From Lama guanicoe (Eukaryota): a DNA stretch of 64,000 bases. This document shows, in pieces, positions 58,746 through 64,000 of the stretch. The notes under the pieces are model-generated. The model saw only the letters and a program-made list of their open reading frames with translations, did not search any database and was not told where the DNA came from. The stretch is taken from the NCBI GenBank assembly GCA_013239625.1, contig MU055016.1, positions 420,867 to 484,866 of the forward strand, in the 5' to 3' direction. How positions within the stretch are numbered: position 1 is the first letter of the stretch; every line of letters starts with the position of its first letter. Made by a program: the position numbers and the translations under genes.

Positions 58746-61009
58746 GTGTCTATCCTGACGCCCCAGGGGATGCGGCTCCCTGCGGGGAGGACCCTAGACT
58801 CCATCCCAGGCCAGTGACTAGAGGTGACTGGCCCCCAGAAGGTCCACTCAGGACGTGGTGAGGGGAGCTCGGGGCCCTGCTTTGTCCTGGGCTTGGGGTG
58901 AGCAGGGCCCCGCTGGAGCTGAGCGAGTCAGCTGGATGCGGGGTCTGGCCCAGGACACCTGCAGGGGTCCTCCATCCTTCCCCTGCCTGAGCTGCACCTG
59001 GATGCCTGCCTCCCTACTCACACCAGCTGGGCCCATTCCTTTGGGCGCATAGTTTGCATGGGGATCTGCAACTTCAACCTGTGCCCAGCGGTGCCCCTGA
59101 CCATTTCAATAGGCAGAGAGGGTAGGAAGTAGCCCCCAGCCACCCCTGCTCTCCCCAAAGGCCCCAGCAACCCTGCCCAGCCCTCCCAAATCTGCCAATA
59201 TTAGAAAGGATTTGTGTCCCCGATAAATAATGCAAAGTTAAATTACATCCGCTCCGGCTTAAATTTTCATATTCCTACTTCTCATCTCCATAAAGAAATT
59301 CTATTCGCGGGCCCCACAGGGTGGCCTCTGCCAGCTGTCAGGGCGCTCCTAATGAAATTACTCCTCCAGGAGGGGCATCAGGCGGGGCGTGGGGGCGGCC
59401 CGCCCGCTGGGGGAAAAGGTAAAAGGCTGGAGTTCAAATTATTTATCTCCCTAATAACTAAACAGATCGCATGCATTAGGTGGTAGAGGCTGCCCTGGTG
59501 CGGTGCGGGGCGGGCCGTGATATATGAGGAGGGAGGGGGAGGCGTGACCCCACCGCAAGGGCACAGCAAGGATGTGCCTTAGAAAAGTCAGCAGAGCTGG
59601 GGACTCTCCACCCCACCCCACTTCCAGGGAGAGGTGGGGTCAGCCTGGCCTCCCTGGGATGAGCAAGTAAGCACGGCCCCCACGTGCCCTTCATAGCAGG
59701 CGGGGCGGGCACAGGCTCCCCTCCGCTCGCCCTAGCTGAGGTCAGGGCTGGCTTCTGCCGGGAGGGGCCTGGCGTCCAGACAGAACCACCTGGAATCCCA
59801 GGCAGGACCCACAGAGGCCCTCACGGCTTGTGTCCATGGGAGCGCCCGGCGGGGAGGCTGCAGAGGTGCCGAGAAGGAAGCCCAGTGGGAGGAGGGGCAT
59901 GGCCAGTGCGTGGGAAGGACCGCAGGACCACCTCGGAGGCCCCCAGACCAAGACAGAGAACTAGTGAGATTCTGAATCCCTTGTTACAATGAAAACTTCA
60001 GGACTGCAGGATCCCCTGGGGAGGGAGAAGGCTGCCCCACCCTCCCCAACCCCTACCCCGCCCTACTTCTCTGCCTCTGCAGATGGAGTCTCTGTGCCAC
60101 CCCATCCTCTGCTCCCCCCACCTCCCAAGGGGGCAAGGCCCTTCATCTGGCTGAGCACCAGCTCCTGCCCTGTATCTCAGCCCCGCACCCCACTTTCCCT
60201 CCCACCTGGATCCAGCATCTCCGGGGACCCCCCGGGGCCGTCAGGGCCTCTTGGACGGGCAGCACTGCCCTTCTCCAGCCTCCCTCTCTGCCGGCCGCCC
60301 CCACGCCTCATATTTACGGCCACTTAATCTGTGTGAGCGGCCAGGCCCCAATACATCTCCGCGTATTGATCAGCTTAAGGCTGATAGAAGTTCAAGCTCA
60401 CGGGGTCCCGCTCTTTGACCCCCAAATAGGGTATGAATCTCAATCGAATAGACTGATATCCGCACGTGGCCTCTACCCGGGCTGGAGGCTGCGGGAAAAT
60501 CAATGAAGCGTGCTAATGACTCAGGATTTATAGAACACCTGCCATTTTAATATTAGAATAAATGTCATACTGCAGAGGGAGGGGGACGCAGGGGGTCTCA
60601 AGGAAAATATTTCTTAGAGAGCCTTTTCTGCTGGAAAATGATGTGCGTGGAATTTTATGAAGTCAAATTTATAGACCTCATTTAGGGTTATAATTTAAAA
60701 CTCCTTATGAGAAAGACATTAAGGAGAGTGCTGGTAGGGGGGTGGGAGGTGGGGGCTGGACAAGTGGGTGGTCCCAGAGCTAGAGGGAGAGGAACCTCCG
60801 TGAAGTGTGGGAGGGTGGCCCAGGGTGCGGCTCTGCAGGGCTGGGGGCAGCTGGCCAGCCAGGCGAGGGACCCTAAGCCATCTCCATCCCAGAGTCTCAG
60901 GACACTGGTATCCCCGGGCATCGGGCCTGGTGAAGGCAGGAAGTTCCCAAGCAGGCGAGCCTCCCTGCTGGTGTCCACACTCCTCACACTTGGCACTGCT
61001 CACCACGGA

Positions 61010-61185
61010 GCAGGCACATGTGTGCACGGCCACATCTACCCACTCATGCACACGCCGTATACACGTGCATAGGCGAACGCACGCACGCTCGCACACATGG
61101 GCGTATGTGCCCCAATACACATGCCCGCCTGGCACAAATCCCCTGCACATGCATGCAAACGTGCATAGGCCCATGCACACCTGCT
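61010..61185. repeat. Low-complexity (CA/GCAC)-rich stretch
   Basis: Degenerate cacatg/gcacgc/tgcac repeats. Confidence 0.6.
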
Positions 61186-64000
61186 TCCCCACAGCCTCGC
61201 CACCTCCTCCTGCTTCAAAGCCACTTCTCTGATTTCCCCGATGGACTTTCGTGGCACCTAGCATCCCATCCCTAGGGGTCCTCAAAGTCCTACATGTCCT
61301 GGGCTGGGCAGAGGGCAAAGGGACACCTTATACATTGTTATTTAGATAAACTCTCAAGAAAAGCACTGTTAGGTGACGGGGCAGGACGGACACCACTGTT
61401 TGGTAGAAACAGGCTCAGGCCAAGGACAGAGGTTCACCATTGCACCTGACATCACGGCAAGAAGCAAACGTGGCCAGCAGACAGGGGCCAGACTGCCCTC
61501 CCGCCACAGAGGCAGGCCCTGTGGGGGTGTGTGGAGGAGGGCAGGGGGCCAGGTCCAGGGCCTAGACGGTCTCTATGGGAAATCTCCTCTGAGGGTCCAT
61601 ATGTCTGTTGGAGACTTCCGGGGGCTGCCTGTGGGCTCTCAACTTCCCCTGCGGCCGAGTAGATCCCGTCCCCTCTGGGCCTCAGTTTCCCCAGCTGCAG
61701 CTGGAGAGGTTGCTGGCCAGACAATCTGAGAGCCCTTGATTGGAGGCCCCCATCTGATTCTGGATCCTCCCCAGCGGTCAGTCAGATCCCATGCTGTCCC
61801 TGCCAGGAAACACACCCCATCTCTGGGAGGCCTGGCCTTGGGGAGCGGGCATTTCCGCAGGGGCAGATTAAGGCCGGACAGCACGGGATTAGCTTCTCTC
61901 CCAAGGGGGATCATCTCCCCCAGGCAGGAGACCCTCCGCGTCTGGGGCTCTTCCCCAAGAGCTGAGGAGATCATTTCCAGGGGTGGAGCAGGCCCAGGGC
62001 AGGCAGGAGGCTTGGGGAAGCCCCGGCCCCATCCCCAGCGCCTCCGGGGCCCCGTCCAGGACGGCACCTTCCCTGCCCCAGCTCATGGGCGGTTACCACT
62101 TAAATCATACACGTTCGTCACGTCCTGGAGGTCCCCGCTGCGTCTCTCCGTCTCTCCAGAGCGAGGTGCCGAGCAGCCGTAAGTCACTTCCCTCCGTGAA
62201 CTCATTGGCTGCTGCCCGCGGCGCCGGGCGAGGACGAGCATATTTTACCTTCTCAACTTTATTAAAGGAGTGAGTGTAGCTCGGGAACGTTGCCGTCTCT
62301 CTGTGGTCAATTCCACTCCTGGAGGTGATAAATCTCTGGGCCTATGATTTGTGACTCCGCACTCCCAATAAATTACACCTTTCTTGATGAAAAGGTTGGT
62401 GCTCCCAGCTCTGCTTTAGGTCACCGTGTTTGTCCAAAGTAAGCCGCTGAGAAGAGGCACCCGGCGGGGCTCCCCACTCCAACCCTGCCAGCCACCTTCC
62501 CAAACCCGGGAGAGGGGAACCGGGAGAAGGCCGGGGAGGCTGGGTGGGGCAGACAGGACATGGTATTCGTGGCAGGGCCGGGTCCCCTGTGATGACTTGC
62601 TCCCGACATGAGGCTGATTCCTTCTGATCCTCCACCACCGGTGGCGGTTTTGGCTCTTGGTCTAAAATTTCTAGCAATTTCTGCAGTAATAAGAGCAAGT
62701 TGCTTTCGCCCTTCTCAGAGGCAGGGTTGCAGGAGGACAGGGGCACATGGCCAGGCTCCCTGCTCCTACCCCCGCCAGCCACATTCCTAAACTGGGAGCT
62801 GGCGGGGCCCTTTAGAGTACTGTCCCGGCCCTGCACTGCAGAGAGACCTTAGGACGAGGCCACGTGTGACCTTTTGGGTGACCTCGGCCGCTAGTGGAGC
62901 CATCTGGGGGAGTGGGGCCAAGGCTTAGGGTCAGAGGGCTGGGCTCCCACTGGGCATGGCCGGCGCTGACAGTGGGTGCTTGGCCAGCTAACCACGTACT
63001 CAGCGAGGACTCCAGATGGCCCTGAATGTTTCAGAACAAAAGAGACTGGACCATGAACACTGAACCCCTGAACAACAGCTTCTAGAACCAGTGAGGAGAG
63101 CAGCGTCCCCTGCAGCCCACTTTGGTCAGGACTGGAGGTGGCACTGAGGACGCTGGCCCTGGGCAGGAGGAGGCCGGTGCCCCCTTGGACTGAGAGGGTG
63201 GAGATGGACTTTCAGCCCCAGGAGGGTCTGAGCTGGCCCTGGTACTGTCCCAGGAGATGACTTTGCCACAAAAGCAATTCACAGAATCATTTAGGACTTT
63301 AAACCCCAGCTCCGGGCCCGCTCGCCTAATGTGCCGCAAATCTGTGTCAGAAATCAAAAGGAATGAGGTCTGCATTTTGGAAGAAAAAGATTTATGGCCT
63401 CGGTTGAGAGTTGATCTCAGGGAAAGTGCTGGAGAAATTGCTTTGCCGCAGAAGAAAATCCTGCAGAGCTGAGAAAAGCTGAGGCCTTTGCCGGGAGCCA
63501 AAGTCAACAGGGCCTCAGGGCGTTGGGTTTCAGGGTGCGACCACACTGGGCCGGGCCCGCATTCCTGCCCAGAGAAGGGGCTTAGGCCCTGGCACCCAAG
63601 ACAAAAGCCCTAACCCCTGGCTTCCTCAGACTCGGGCGGCAGAGCCATTATGCTGATGAATCAAATCGTTTCCGAAGCACTCAGGCCTTTTTGGCTGATT
63701 GCATTCGGTGAGCCCCCTCCTCTGATGCCCCCTTGGAAGTCCCATCTATTTATTTTATTTAGGTTTTGGTGGGGAGGGGGCGGGGAGCCATCCCTGGGTC
63801 ACCGGGTGGTGAGGGGAAGGCCGTGGCCTGGCAGGAGAGGAGGCCTGCAATTCTCCAAGGGTCTGAACGATGGTGTCTGTGCTGAGCCCAGGCAGGAAAA
63901 GGAGGCAGGAAGTGGCCTGGGCAAGGGGCAAGGGCAGGAGGCGTCTTGGGTCCAAAGTCCCGGGGAACTCAGCCCCAGGAGGGAGGTCCATCCTCAGGCC

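Noticed and set aside
1-64000. CRISPR arrays, operons or other prokaryote-type systems
   Set aside because: The sequence is clearly mammalian, with spliced genes and eutherian repeats. I saw no repeat-spacer array or intact mobile-element ORF.

Overview
Mammalian, GC-rich genomic DNA from a draft assembly with three N-gaps. Vic-1-type tRNA-Ala SINEs point to a camelid. The window follows the conserved gene order CCDC187 - QSOX2 - LHX3, all on the + strand. It holds the probable terminal exon of CCDC187 (246-2124), which is broken by one in-frame stop and three frameshifts. QSOX2 has 12 coding exons (10679-34960); exon 1 is out of frame as assembled, and intron 7 is a GC-AG intron that is in frame and stop-free. 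LHX3 is intact, with alternative first exons Ia and Ib and exons 2-6 (38382-48040). A 1725-bp block carrying exon Ib appears twice across a 35-N gap, most likely an assembly artefact. About 16 kb of gene-free sequence downstream of LHX3 contains several homeodomain-site-rich candidate enhancers. Ancient repeats (L1, L2, MIR, MaLR, MER53, MER5) are scattered throughout. I found no evidence of an entirely new biological system. The best leads are possible lineage-specific loss of CCDC187 (or its C-terminus), the QSOX2 exon-1 lesion, the retainable GC-AG intron and the LHX3 cis-regulatory landscape. Comparisons with human proteins are from memory, not from a search.
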